Below are positions 10,301 through 19,867 of a stretch of DNA of 64,000 bases, piece by piece. Below the pieces are notes generated by a model, which did not search any database, had not been told where the DNA came from, and worked only from the letters and a program-made list of their open reading frames with translations. Source of the stretch: an uncultured cyanobacterium (lineage in GTDB: Bacteria; Cyanobacteriota; Cyanobacteriia; Cyanobacteriales; Nostocaceae); the NCBI GenBank assembly GCA_963706595.1, contig OY970166.1:4320001-4384000 (forward strand), given 5' to 3'. How positions within the stretch are numbered: the first letter of the stretch is position 1; the number at the start of each line of letters is the position of its first letter. The position numbers and the translations under genes are program-made.

Positions 10301-11059
10301 GAGTAAAATCCCGATGACTGGGGAGTGGGGAGTTACTTCGACTGCGCTCAGTAACCGGGGGAATGGGGAGTGGGAAATTTTGTTCTGATTTTTATACCAT
10401 GCTAAATATTCACGGGGGGATGTAAAAAATCCCTGATAGTCGGGATGCAGTAAACCCATGTCGGGGGTTTCAATGGGTGGGGGAATGTCACCGACTTTTA
10501 AATCTAAGTATTTTTCTGCTAGTATCCAGAATAATGCGGCAACGTTTTCGGAACCGCCGGCGTTCCAGTATCCATAGATAATTAACCAGTTGCGTAAGTC
10601 TTGGACTTTCTGCACTGGGACGAATTTTAAAAGTTTAGGACCAATTTTTAAGAAGCTAATATAACCAGCGAGTTTGTCTTCTTCCCGTCCGTTGCTGAAT
10701 TTGTCGAGGATGAATTTAACAGGTTTTGGCATTCCTTTGGGTTTGTCGCCAATGGCAAAAATACCCAATTTGGTTAAACTCATCAGTTCTAAGGCTGACT
10801 CGAACACCAGACGGATGGGAATTTGGGCAATGCGATCGCGCAACCACAAAACTTGGTCATAATCAAATAGCAGACTACCGAAAAATACATCAGCGCCATC
10901 TAGGGCTGCTTCTACTTCGCTGCGTTGACTGGTAATATGGCGATCGCTAAACACCCGAATATCCAAATCAAGACAGCGCGATTTAGCCACCTCAGCCGCT
11001 TTCCTGTACAAGTCAGCGTTAAACGATTCAAATCCAGCAATCAAGACAATGCGTTTCAT
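7346..11059 (-). CDS. bchH: Magnesium chelatase subunit H (CobN/ChlH/BchH family), divergent paralogue
   Basis: 1237 aa; GFPLVGGPA, HFGMHGTVEWLPG, YAANNPSE..AKRR, LPTGRNIH, SGIFRD, NPKW motifs. Confidence 0.85.
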   Translation of the reverse strand: MKRIVLIAGFESFNADLYRKAAEVAKSRCLDLDIRVFSDRHITSQRSEVEAALDGADVFFGSLLFDYDQVLWLRDRIAQIPIRLVFESALELMSLTKLGIFAIGDKPKGMPKPVKFILDKFSNGREEDKLAGYISFLKIGPKLLKFVPVQKVQDLRNWLIIYGYWNAGGSENVAALFWILAEKYLDLKVGDIPPPIETPDMGLLHPDYQGFFTSPREYLAWYKNQNKISHSPFPRLLSAVEVTPHSPVIGILLYRKHVITKQPYIAQLIRRFESAGLIPLPIFINGVEGHVAVRDWMTTDYETQQRQKGNTETLSLSAQAVQVDAIVSTIGFPLVGGPAGSMEAGRQVEVAKRILAAKNVPYIVAAPLLIQDIHSWTRQGVGGLQSVVLYALPELDGAIDTIPLGGLVGEQIYLVPERVQRLIGRVKNWIALRQKSASERKIAIILYGFPPGYGAVGTAALLNVPRSLIKFLHALKDQGYEVGDIPEDGEELIRQVKAADEEMETWEKNKPFPASANTVHFRKLEKWLGYLLTSRIEKQWKSLTGTGIKTYGEELHIGGVQLGNVWIGVQPPLGIQGDPMRLMFERDLTPHPQYAAFYKWLQNDFAADAVVHFGMHGTVEWLPGSPLGNTGYSWSDILLGDLPNLYIYAANNPSESMLAKRRGYGVLISHNVPPYGRAGLYKELLSLRDLISEYREDPQKNYLLKEVICKKIVDSGLDADCPFDDAKRLGIAFSPENVRMFSDRAFDDYLLKLYEYLQVLENRLFSSGLHILGEPPNEEELEAYLEAYFGDEPPSRQGRQEEEELVSGLLMQSTDELGSLLRGLNGEYILPAPGGDLLRDGAGVLPTGRNIHALDPYRMPSPAAFARGREIGQKIIAQHLAEHGTYPETVAVMLWGLDAIKTKGESLGILLELVGAEPVKEGTGRIVRYELQPLSEVGHPRIDILGNLSGIFRDSFVNIIELLDDLFQRAADADESEEENFIRKHALALQAQGVENSSARLFSNPSGDFGSLVNDQVVDGNWESGEELGNTWQGRNVFSYGREDKGQARPEILNALLKTSDRIVQEIDSVEYGLTDIQEYYANTGGLKKAAEMRRGKKVTTSFVESFSKDTTPRNLDDLLRMEYRSKLVNPKWAQAMANQGSGGAFEISQRMTALIGWGGTADFHDDWVYDQAADTYALDAEMAEKLRKANPEAFRNILSRMIEAHGRGIWQADADKLDKLRQLYDLTDEQLEGVTV

Positions 11060-11158
11060 GCCTAAGCTACGAAAGATCCCTCTATGATCTTAAAGGTAGT
11101 TTCGCTGTAATGACCAATAGTTCCTTAATGGTACAACCCCTGATATTTATCAGTGGAG

Positions 11159-11192
11159 TCAATCTAAAATCTAAAATCTAAAATCCAAAATT
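11159..11192. repeat. Heptamer tandem repeat (AATCTAA/AATCCAA)n
   Basis: aatctaa-aatctaa-aatctaa-aatccaa-aat. Confidence 0.85.
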
Positions 11193-11348
11193 GTTTGACC
11201 CATACCCCAAAATGAATTCGGTAATCTACCCAAAGACTGAAAATTATTGGTTACAAAATACCATTTGGCAATTTGGCACATTTTCTGATTGCTGAGTTGG
11301 TATTGTGAGATTCGCGAATATCTTTGTGCGACAATACCGACTTGCAGA

Positions 11349-11388
11349 ATCCCTCAGTTAGCAGGCTAGCTACTGGGGGTATTTTTTT
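11349..11388 (+). terminator. Rho-independent terminator-like hairpin in the bchH/NYN intergenic region
   Basis: CCCTCAGT..ACTGGGGG stem followed by T7. Confidence 0.55.
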
Positions 11389-11997
11389 GGTCTTTTATAA
11401 ATCCGTTGGAACTGAAGTTCAAAAAACTCCTGATCGCATAACTGTATGTATGATCACGTCCAAACTAGGATAAAAATTGTTGGTTATATACCTAGCAATG
11501 GCAAAATTCTCTTCTAGATTCATGAAAAATTAAACAATAAATAATATTTTATTTTGATAACTTTCAGCCGAAAAGTAGTGGTAATTTTTACTAAATCAAT
11601 ATACAAAGATTGGCTTAATGAAGGATTTTTCAATAGAGATGTACAATAAAACTAACTGCCAAAGGTTCACCCCTACTTCTACCATCACACCCAAGCTACT
11701 TTCGCCAAGTTTTTGTATCCTGCGGTCAACCTATATGCATTAGAAGTAGGCAATGGAGAGCATACCTATAGGCAAAGGAAAGATTGCGTAAAACCTGCCT
11801 GGACAAGAGTTAATCAACTCCTTGGGGCGTTATATTTGGGAATCTCGACAATCACCACAATTTGAGTTTATTTGCGGCTAGTACCCCTTAACGTCAGTTG
11901 AAAGGCTTTCATTTTGGGATCTATATTTACGCCGTGAAAGAAGACCTATTGACAATTTACCCAAAAGCGTTTCCAGATTTAAAATCTAGAGGAGTCC

Positions 11998-12708
11998 ATG
12001 AGTACCACTAATTTTACCAAAGCAGAAAATTCCCATAAACGCCCAGAGGAAGAACCTCATTTACCAAGAAAAAACTTGATAAAAAATGGTATAAAACATG
12101 AAAATTCCCAAAAACGGGAGTCTTTATCTGATAGTTCCTTGTTAAAACTTGAAAATCGTGGTCGAGTAGCTATTTTCATTGATGGCGTAAGTCTATTTCA
12201 TACAGCTTTACAACTCGGTATTGAAATCGACTATCTCAAACTACTTTGCCATTTAACAGGGGGTTCTCGGTTGTTGCGTGCTTTCTTTTATACTGCTATT
12301 GATACCTCCAGACCCACTGCGGCACGTCCACGGACGAATGAAAAGCAACAAGGTTTTCTGTTTTGGATGCGGCGCAATGGTTATCGTGTAGTTACCAAAG
12401 AAGTTCAACTGGCAGACCATACCAAAAAACACAATTTGAATGTCGAAATTGCTGTGGATATGATTACCTTAGCTCCTTACTATGATACAGCAATCTTAGT
12501 GAGTGGAGATAGAGATTTAGCTTATGCTGTAAATGCTGTCAGCGCTACAGGTTCTCGCGTTGAAGTTGTGAGTTTGCGGGCATTGACTAGCGATAGTTTG
12601 ATTGATGTCGCCGACGAGTTTATTGACCTCGATAGAATTAAACAATACATTCAGAAAGATTCCCATCTTGGCTATAGTTATCGGGTGCTTTCCAATTCCA
12701 AGTTGTAA
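11998..12708 (+). CDS. NYN domain protein (LabA/DUF88 family)
   Basis: AIFIDG, VEIAVDM, LVSGDRD, L...ADEFIDL motifs. Confidence 0.9.
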   Translation: MSTTNFTKAENSHKRPEEEPHLPRKNLIKNGIKHENSQKRESLSDSSLLKLENRGRVAIFIDGVSLFHTALQLGIEIDYLKLLCHLTGGSRLLRAFFYTAIDTSRPTAARPRTNEKQQGFLFWMRRNGYRVVTKEVQLADHTKKHNLNVEIAVDMITLAPYYDTAILVSGDRDLAYAVNAVSATGSRVEVVSLRALTSDSLIDVADEFIDLDRIKQYIQKDSHLGYSYRVLSNSKL

Positions 12709-12830
12709 ATCTCCATTGCCAATTGAGCAAATTTGATCTTGATTACTGCCTCTACTTATATCAGCTTAATAGAGTAGAATGGCAAACTAGGGAATTACTC
12801 TGCGTATTTTTTTATTAAATCCTGATTGAA

Positions 12831-13535
12831 ATGGATATTTTAATTGTTGAGGATGAACTGGAAATTTCTCAGTTAATCCAACATTCTTTAAACAAAGAGG
12901 GATTTTCCTGTCGAATTAGCCGCGATGGTATCAACGCTTTGCAGATGTTTCAGGAACAACCACCAGATTTAATCATCCTCGACTTAATGATTCCGGGGTT
13001 GGATGGACTGGAAGTGTGTGCGCGGATTCGTCAAAAACCCGGTGTAAAAGACCCTTATATTTTGATGCTGACAGCTAGGGGTGAGGAAATTGATCGGGTG
13101 ATTGGCTTATCGACTGGTGCTGATGACTACATGGTTAAACCCTTCAGTCCCAGAGAGTTAGTTGCTAGGGTCCGGGCCTTATTGCGGCGTAGTCTCCGCC
13201 AAGGAGGACAGCATCAGGTGAATCGGACTCAACACTTTGTGATTGATTTAGACCAACACACTGCGATGCGACAAATTAATTCCCAACCAGCCGAAACCTT
13301 AGACTTAACTACTTTAGAATTTAATCTATTAAACACCTTTGTCAGTAATCCGGGTCGAGTTTGGAACCGGACTCAGCTAATTGATAAACTTTGGGGGGAT
13401 AATTTTTTTGGTGATGAACGGGTTGTAGATACTCATGTAGCCCGATTGCGGAAAAAAGTTGAGCCTGATCCCGCTAGTCCCACTTTTATTAAAACTGTGG
13501 TTGGGATAGGGTATAAGTTTGAAGATACCCTGTAG
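12831..13535 (+). CDS. OmpR-family response regulator
   Basis: IVEDE, LDLMIP, GADDYMVKPF, winged helix VDTHVARLRKK..TVVGIGY. Confidence 0.95.
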   Translation: MDILIVEDELEISQLIQHSLNKEGFSCRISRDGINALQMFQEQPPDLIILDLMIPGLDGLEVCARIRQKPGVKDPYILMLTARGEEIDRVIGLSTGADDYMVKPFSPRELVARVRALLRRSLRQGGQHQVNRTQHFVIDLDQHTAMRQINSQPAETLDLTTLEFNLLNTFVSNPGRVWNRTQLIDKLWGDNFFGDERVVDTHVARLRKKVEPDPASPTFIKTVVGIGYKFEDTL

Positions 13536-13550
13536 CGTGAGGAGAATGGC

Positions 13551-14657
13551 ATGGGCTGGCGTTGGGCAAGGTCTTTGCCTCTGGCATCGCGTCTGTTTTT
13601 ATCCCACCTCGTGGTGATGATTGTGGGGTTAGCTAGTCTGGTAATCATTAGTGGAATTTCTTCTCCTCGCTTTTTTTTCCTGCACTTGCAAAGGTTAGAA
13701 AGTCGAGGGATGAGATTAATTAATATTCGGACTGAATTGGTGCAAGGATTTGAAACGGCTTGGCGACGTAGCACGATTTGGTCTGTGATTGTCGGTAGCA
13801 CTGCGGCGGGAGGATTGAGTTATTGGGTATCCAAACGAATTATGCTGCGGTTGACAGAGATGGAACAAATTACGCAAAAGTTTGCATCTGGTCAACTAGA
13901 GGCGCGATTACCTTTATCTGACATTCCCGAACTGCATCGCCTGGGGACTAGCTTTAATCAGATGGCGGCTAGTTTAGAAGGGGTGGAAGCCCGGCGGCGG
14001 GAATTGATTGGTGATATGACTCATGAATTGCGGACACCATTAACGGTTGTGCGGGGTTACTTAGAGGAACTCGCTGATGGAGAAATAGAACCATCTCCGG
14101 AGATTTATCGGCGGTTGGCGAAGGAAACGAAACGGTTAGAGAGATTAGTTAACGATTTACAAGAATTATCGAAGGCGGAAGCTGGTTATCTGCCAATTAA
14201 TATTCAGCCTGTAAATTTATGGCCTTTATTAGAGTCATTGGTGGAAAAGTTTAGCGACCAACTGCTAGAAGATGGCCCGGTTTTAGCCTGGGAATGTCCC
14301 GAACAATTACCTCTGGTGTTGGCAGATATTGACCGCACAGAACAGGTGTTAGTTAATTTGCTGGGTAATGCTATACGTTACACTGTCAAAGGTGCAATCA
14401 CTATTCGTGTTTATATTGAGGCTTCTCAACTCTGGATTGCTGTTATAGATACAGGTATTGGCATTTCTCCACAGGATTTACCTCATGTATTTGAACGCTT
14501 TTGGCGGGCTGACCAATCACGCGATCGCGATTCTGGTGGTACTGGTATTGGTTTAACTATCACCCGCCGTTTAGTGGAACTCCAAGGAGGTCGGATTTAC
14601 GTCACAAGTGAACTGGGTATTGGCAGTACCTTTCGTTTTTGCTTACCTTTGGCGTGA
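13551..14657 (+). CDS. HAMP sensor histidine kinase
   Basis: Two TM segments, HAMP, THELRTPL, NAIRY, DTGIGI, GTGIGL. Confidence 0.95.
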   Translation: MGWRWARSLPLASRLFLSHLVVMIVGLASLVIISGISSPRFFFLHLQRLESRGMRLINIRTELVQGFETAWRRSTIWSVIVGSTAAGGLSYWVSKRIMLRLTEMEQITQKFASGQLEARLPLSDIPELHRLGTSFNQMAASLEGVEARRRELIGDMTHELRTPLTVVRGYLEELADGEIEPSPEIYRRLAKETKRLERLVNDLQELSKAEAGYLPINIQPVNLWPLLESLVEKFSDQLLEDGPVLAWECPEQLPLVLADIDRTEQVLVNLLGNAIRYTVKGAITIRVYIEASQLWIAVIDTGIGISPQDLPHVFERFWRADQSRDRDSGGTGIGLTITRRLVELQGGRIYVTSELGIGSTFRFCLPLA

Positions 14658-15043
14658 ATATAGAAAATGGCTGGACGCGATCGCCTATTTATTTCCCCAA
14701 AATCATTCCCCAGACTCAGCAAATTACCTATTGTTGCAATTAAGTATCAGATATTTTGTATAGATGGTTACTAGGGGTGTAACCCCTACGACAGTTACTA
14801 TGATCATGAATTAATGTGAGTTAATTGACTAAAAATGTGTCATTATTGCCACTCAGCTAATTTTTAGCGGAAATTCAGCCTCAACGCTGTTTTATGTGTT
14901 TGCTAGTTTTGATTCATATTTATATATTCAAAAAGTATTAGGGTGACTCCAGAAAGCAGAAAATACCAGTTACATATATCTAGCTTTTTGGGAATCAAAT
15001 CATATAATAACTGTATTCAGTTTTGTGGGATTAACCATAAGGA

Positions 15044-15337
15044 GTGTTAAAAATGAATCAGATGCAATTATCTTTACTGATGAGCTATTTTCTGATGACT
15101 TGCTATTTTTTCACCAATTGGCTCAAATTTACCCTGCGTCATCCTAATTCTACTCCGGAAGAGAAATTTTTATCTTTTGTGATGTTTCTGATCACAACTA
15201 TTTTTTGGCCTTTAACTGCCATAATGAATTTATGGGAAATATTCAATCAAAGAAAACTGGAATTAAGAACGACGATTCCTGTTATCTTAGCCATCTTTGC
15301 CTTTAGTCTTTCATATTATTTAACTTATCTGTATTAA
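15044..15337 (+). CDS. Small hypothetical membrane protein
   Basis: 97-aa hydrophobic ORF preceded by AAGGAG. Confidence 0.6.
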   Translation: MLKMNQMQLSLLMSYFLMTCYFFTNWLKFTLRHPNSTPEEKFLSFVMFLITTIFWPLTAIMNLWEIFNQRKLELRTTIPVILAIFAFSLSYYLTYLY

Positions 15338-15542
15338 CAGAGTTTTGTCCCTAAGAATTTATTCCGCTCATTCCCATCTTAATTTTGAGAAATTTGAGCA
15401 TATACCCCTGCATATTTTTTAGCTATTTCTGCAAAATATAAAATTTTAATCATACCTGACCAGCCCCAGAGAACCTAGATTTTACATGGGATAATCAAAC
15501 TAATGAACGTAGAATACTTCACCTTTGGTCAACAGAGAACAG

Positions 15543-15745
15543 CTCATATCTTGCACCAGGCGACTGGAAGTCGCGGCTACACAGGCAAAACCCTCCTACG
15601 TGGGTTGAAAAACTGGATTTTCTGTTAGTCCACGCAGGCGGTCACTGAGCTTGTCGAAGTGCGGAATGTGGGTTGTATAGCCGCGTTCGCCCTTGGTGTT
15701 GCGTTAGCAATATTCCCATCGCCAGGGTTAGGTGCAAGATGTGAG
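15543..15745. mobile_element. MITE-like element with CTCA(C/T)ATCTTGCACC terminal repeats and nested small repeats
   Basis: ctcatatcttgcacc...ggtgcaagatgtgag; core shared with 7127-7306 and 58185-58350. Confidence 0.75.
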
Positions 15746-15783
15746 TTAGCGTACCTCTGCGTTTAAAAAGCCAAATTCCGACC

Positions 15784-16284
15784 TCAAGTGACCATTTCAA
15801 ACTCTAGCTGATGACTCTGGAAAAAATCATGAGTGAAATGATCAACCACATTAGTATCAGCAAGTTCTAAATTATAAAAATCCACAAATTCATGCTCAAA
15901 ATATGGACCAGCGTGCCAAGTACCCTCATTTAACTTAATGAAGCAATTTCCCGGTATGCGGAAAGCCGAAATCTCTGCTAATACTGGTTCATTCAAATCA
16001 TTATGAGGAGGACAAACTGCAATTAACCAATCCTTTCCTGCCAAAGAACCTAAACATTGAGTACATTGTAAATGACGAGTAATTCTATCAAACTTCCTGC
16101 CCCGTTTTTCTAACCTCATAATGTAAAATCGCGGAGTCCCATTTTTGAGGTTTAATTGAGCATCTTCTACATCAAAAGTTTTACCGTCTTCACTAGCAGA
16201 AATTACCTGTCCATAAGGGCGAAAATTTTCTGGTGTTATCCATTCAGCCGGCAATTGTTGCATTGTCTGTGATCTATTCATCAA
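15784..16284 (-). CDS. Ureidoglycolate lyase-like cupin protein
   Basis: ITPENFRPYGQVI, RH..CTQ, GTWHAGP motifs. Confidence 0.8.
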   Translation of the reverse strand: MMNRSQTMQQLPAEWITPENFRPYGQVISASEDGKTFDVEDAQLNLKNGTPRFYIMRLEKRGRKFDRITRHLQCTQCLGSLAGKDWLIAVCPPHNDLNEPVLAEISAFRIPGNCFIKLNEGTWHAGPYFEHEFVDFYNLELADTNVVDHFTHDFFQSHQLEFEMVT

Positions 16285-16377
16285 TCTGACTGCTTATATA
16301 TATTAGGATCGGGGTAATTCTAGGATATTATCTTTTTGGAAGTCTACTTGCACTCGCATCTGCTATGAGGTTCATCT

Positions 16378-17373
16378 ATGCCAATCTATGTATACTGGGG
16401 CGAGGATGATTTTGCCATCGAAAAAGCAGTTACAATATTACGCGATCGCATTCTCGATCCACTCTGGACAAGTTTTAACTATACATCTTTATCGCCCGAT
16501 CAACCCGATGTCGCAATTGCGGGTTTAAATCAAGTCATGACACCGCCTTTTGGGGCTGGTGGACGATTGGTGTGGCTAATGAATACTTCTCTGTTTCAGC
16601 ATTGCCCAGAAAATATCTTAGCAGAACTGACGCGAACTCTGTCAGTGATTCCCGAAAACTCCTGGTTATTACTCACCAGCCGTAATAAACCTGATGAACG
16701 CCTCAAATCTACCAAATTACTCAAAAAATCCGCCCATGAATTTCGAGAATTTCCCCTGATTCCACCCTGGAAGATAGAATTGCTAGTACAGTCAGTGAAT
16801 CAAGTGGCTCAAACGGTAGGAGTGAAACTGACAAACCGGACTGCGGAAATTTTAGCAGAAGCTGTAGGTAATGATACTCGGCTACTATACAATGAAATGG
16901 AAAAGCTACGCCTTTATGCATCGGATAGCGGTAAGTCTTTAGACGTAGATACCATTACACTATTAGTTAGAAATACTACTCAAAATAGTTTACAATTAGC
17001 AGCAGCAATTAGAATGGGAGAAACGGCTAAAGCTTTAACTATTTTGGCTGATCTCATCAATGCTGCCGAACCGGGATTGAAAATAGTTGCTACACTTATA
17101 GGTCAATTTCGTACTTGGTTATTGATTAAGATTGCCATGGAAAGTGGGGAACGCAATCCTCAAGCGATCGCCAAATTAGCCGAGGTTAACAATCCCAAAC
17201 GTATTTACTTTTTACAGGAAGAAGTCAAATCGCTTTCTGTGCAGCAACTAATCTCCTGCTTACCATTACTACTAGAGTTAGAAGTCAGCCTCAAGCAAGG
17301 ATCTACGGAAGTATCTACACTTCAGACCAAAGTGATACAACTTTGTCAAGTATGCCAACGGGGCGGATATTAA
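16378..17373 (+). CDS. holA: DNA polymerase III delta subunit
   Basis: YWGEDDF, TPPFGAGGRLV, KPDERLK, EMEKL, LELEVSLKQG. Confidence 0.9.
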   Translation: MPIYVYWGEDDFAIEKAVTILRDRILDPLWTSFNYTSLSPDQPDVAIAGLNQVMTPPFGAGGRLVWLMNTSLFQHCPENILAELTRTLSVIPENSWLLLTSRNKPDERLKSTKLLKKSAHEFREFPLIPPWKIELLVQSVNQVAQTVGVKLTNRTAEILAEAVGNDTRLLYNEMEKLRLYASDSGKSLDVDTITLLVRNTTQNSLQLAAAIRMGETAKALTILADLINAAEPGLKIVATLIGQFRTWLLIKIAMESGERNPQAIAKLAEVNNPKRIYFLQEEVKSLSVQQLISCLPLLLELEVSLKQGSTEVSTLQTKVIQLCQVCQRGGY

Positions 17374-17475
17374 AGATAAAAATTGCATTGACAGACAGTT
17401 CTGTGGAACTTCTCACTCCTAAAATAATTCAAAGCCATTAACATATCCCTAAAATATTTCTGTGCTATCAAATTT

Positions 17476-17955
17476 ATGAAAATAATTTCTAATTTATTTT
17501 TTCAAACTACCTTGCAACATCTATTTCCCAAGAGTCTATTTTTTGGCATTCTTACCACGGCCAGTTTACTTACCAGCAGCCTGGCCTTAAGTTCCCAAGC
17601 GGATGCTCAAACACCTGCTGCTAAAGTTACTGATGACATCACCAGCTACGCCCAAGCCGTGTTAGCAATGGAAACACCGCGTCAACAAGCTTTTGATGAA
17701 ATTAAAAAATTAATTGGGGGTGGAGAAATACCCAAAATTATTTGTAATGATCCCAAAAGTATGGGCAGTCTACCACGGCAGGCTCAAGATATCGCCGTGA
17801 CTTACTGTAATCGCTCTCTAAAAATAGTTGAAGATAATGGTCTGACTATTGATAGGTTTAACAAACTTACTCTAGAGATACAAAATAACAACAACTTAAA
17901 AAGACAAGTTTACAATACATTAATCCGCCTGCAAAAAGCTCCCGAAGCTCGGTAG
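17476..17955 (+). CDS. Exported DUF4168-like protein
   Basis: Signal peptide; YAQAVLAME..R and NGLTIDRFN pattern. Confidence 0.7.
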   Translation: MKIISNLFFQTTLQHLFPKSLFFGILTTASLLTSSLALSSQADAQTPAAKVTDDITSYAQAVLAMETPRQQAFDEIKKLIGGGEIPKIICNDPKSMGSLPRQAQDIAVTYCNRSLKIVEDNGLTIDRFNKLTLEIQNNNNLKRQVYNTLIRLQKAPEAR

Positions 17956-18031
17956 ATTAAATTCCCAAGAATACCCCCGGATTACGCCGAGGGTAAAGAT
18001 TAGTTATTGACGATGAGAAACTAATAACTCT

Positions 18032-18137
18032 TATAGCAATTCCCATTCACGTGAGGTACAAGCACTAATAATTAAACGCAGATGGACGCAGATAAACGCA
18101 GATAATTTTGTACTTGATTAGACTGGTAAATGCTATA
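18032..18137. mobile_element. MITE-like element (TATAGC..GCTATA ends) carrying ACGCAGAT repeats
   Basis: Imperfect terminal inverted repeats; core acgcagatggacgcagataaacgcagat. Confidence 0.6.
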
Positions 18138-18347
18138 TAGAACCCCTTTGACATCTAAGAAGAGGCTGCAAGCCTCTGAACCATCAGCCGAATAAAACAA
18201 AGATTAACTTTGGCAGTCGCATTAACTAGAATTCGTCAAAGTTTTTAACGAGAATTTTGCATCTCTCCATCCAAGCATTTGACTTTTGGAGTCATCTTAC
18301 TTCAAGATAGTAAAAAATGTCAAATGGGTTCTATATATCCATAATTA

Positions 18348-18809
18348 GTGGCGATGAATTATTGGCTCATGAAATCAGAACCATTAGTCTATAGCATCAC
18401 TGACCTTCAACGGCAGAGCGAGACTATTTGGGATGGCGTTCGCAATTATCAAGCTCGCAATTATTTGCGTCAAATGCTCCCAGGAGATTTAGCTTTTTTC
18501 TATCACTCTAACACTAATCCTCCCGGTATTGTGGGGTTAATGCGTGTAGTCAAAACAGGTATTGCTGACCCGACCCAGTTTGAGCCAAAAAGCAAATACT
18601 TTGACCCGAAATCAAGTCCTGAATCACCGCGTTGGCAAACAGTTGTAGTAGAATTCGGGGAAATTTTTGACCACCCTATTAGTCTGTCAACGCTCAGAGA
18701 AAAGTTTACCCCTGAAGAACTAATGGTGGTCAGACCAGGAAATCGCTTATCGGTGATTCCCGTCTCTGAAGCAGTGGCGATGAAGATTCAGGGCATGAAA
18801 ACCTTTTAA
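18348..18809 (+). CDS. EVE domain protein
   Basis: YWLMKSEP, WDGVRNYQARN, FYHS, RLSV.PV. Confidence 0.95.
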   Translation: MAMNYWLMKSEPLVYSITDLQRQSETIWDGVRNYQARNYLRQMLPGDLAFFYHSNTNPPGIVGLMRVVKTGIADPTQFEPKSKYFDPKSSPESPRWQTVVVEFGEIFDHPISLSTLREKFTPEELMVVRPGNRLSVIPVSEAVAMKIQGMKTF

Positions 18810-19004
18810 ATGCAGGCTCAATGCGCTTAAAGGTTTTAAGCAAGGCTGGAAGCTTTATCAAATAAGCGATGGCTTTTCCCCAAAGTGAAAAAGCTATCTA
18901 TTTGTTTGTTCTCTGCTTTACATAAACCTACTTAAAACCACCATCAACATCACCTGATTTACTATAAAATTGTATAGACCAAAGATTAAAAAGAAGATGA
19001 GATC

Positions 19005-19229
19005 ATGAGTTATCAAGACATCATTAAGATTGAACCTGGAAAACGCAGTGGGAAACCTTGCATTCGAGGAATGCGTATCACTGTGTACGATATTTTGGAA
19101 TATTTAGCGGGTGGGATGACAGAAGCAGAAATTCTCGAAGATTTTTCAGAACTGACATCTAAAGATATTAAAGCTTGTCTTGCTTTTGCTGCTGATCGAG
19201 AGAAAAAATTATTTATTGCATCTCTATGA
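19005..19229 (+). CDS. DUF433 antitoxin-like protein
   Basis: GKPCIRGMRITV..IL..LA.G....EIL..F..L...DI.ACL. Confidence 0.9.
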   Translation: MSYQDIIKIEPGKRSGKPCIRGMRITVYDILEYLAGGMTEAEILEDFSELTSKDIKACLAFAADREKKLFIASL

Positions 19230-19348
19230 AACTGCTATTAGATGAAAATTTGTCAGATCGGATTGTTGATAAAATTATTGACCTATATCCTGATTGTCAA
19301 CACGTTAAAACTTTAAGACTTATAAATATAGACAAAGCATTTCAGTAG
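19226..19348 (+). pseudogene. Truncated DUF5615 PIN-like toxin
   Basis: ATGA overlap with DUF433; MKLLLDENLSDRIVDKIIDLYPDCQHVKTL then stop after 40 aa. Confidence 0.75.
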
Positions 19349-19473
19349 TTATAAAGCATGACCCCAGTCATAACAGATAGCTACGGAATATGAATTAAAT
19401 AACATCCAAATTTTGGTTTTTGACCTCACACCGCCTTTAACTTACGTCAAAGTCTCCCCTCTCCTTACTAAGG

Positions 19474-19618
19474 CTACGGTGTACACACAAGTGATCTGAT
19501 CCCCCTAAATCCCCCTTAAAAAGGGGGACTTTAAGAAATTTTCCCCCCTTCTCAAGAGGGGCTAGGGGGGATCAAAACGTGATGAGGCAACTTGATAAGA
19601 CTTGTGTGTACACGATAG
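19474..19618. mobile_element. 145-bp MITE with CTACGGTGTACACACAAGT terminal repeats and duplicated target
   Basis: CCTTACTAAGG on both sides (19463-19473, 19619-19629); uninterrupted copy of the target palindrome at 23795-23835. Confidence 0.85.
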
Positions 19619-19867
19619 CCTTACTAAGGAGAGGGGTTGGGGGTGAGGTTCTGTATTTTATTAAATCCGCATTCCTACGCTGCACTTCGTCAACGTATAC
19701 CAAAGTATCCCATAAACTCAGTACCTTCCTCATTGTTGAGTAACCTCTAGCTATTGCTAACAACCGCCCTAAAAGGGACGGATAACACAACTATGACCAA
19801 GATTAAATATTTTTAACATTACGTTACAATAAATTCATAGAGAAAAGCGCAAGCAAATCTCTTATAT

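Noticed and set aside
17965..17998. AGAATACCCCCGG..CCGAGGGTA hairpin as an IS605 right end
   Set aside because: Lacks the TCAA-type end; position right after a stop codon fits a terminator better
19745..19790. Hairpin CCGCCCTAAAAGGGACGG resembling an IS200/IS605 end
   Set aside because: Only one short motif, with no matching other end or transposase remnant that I could support
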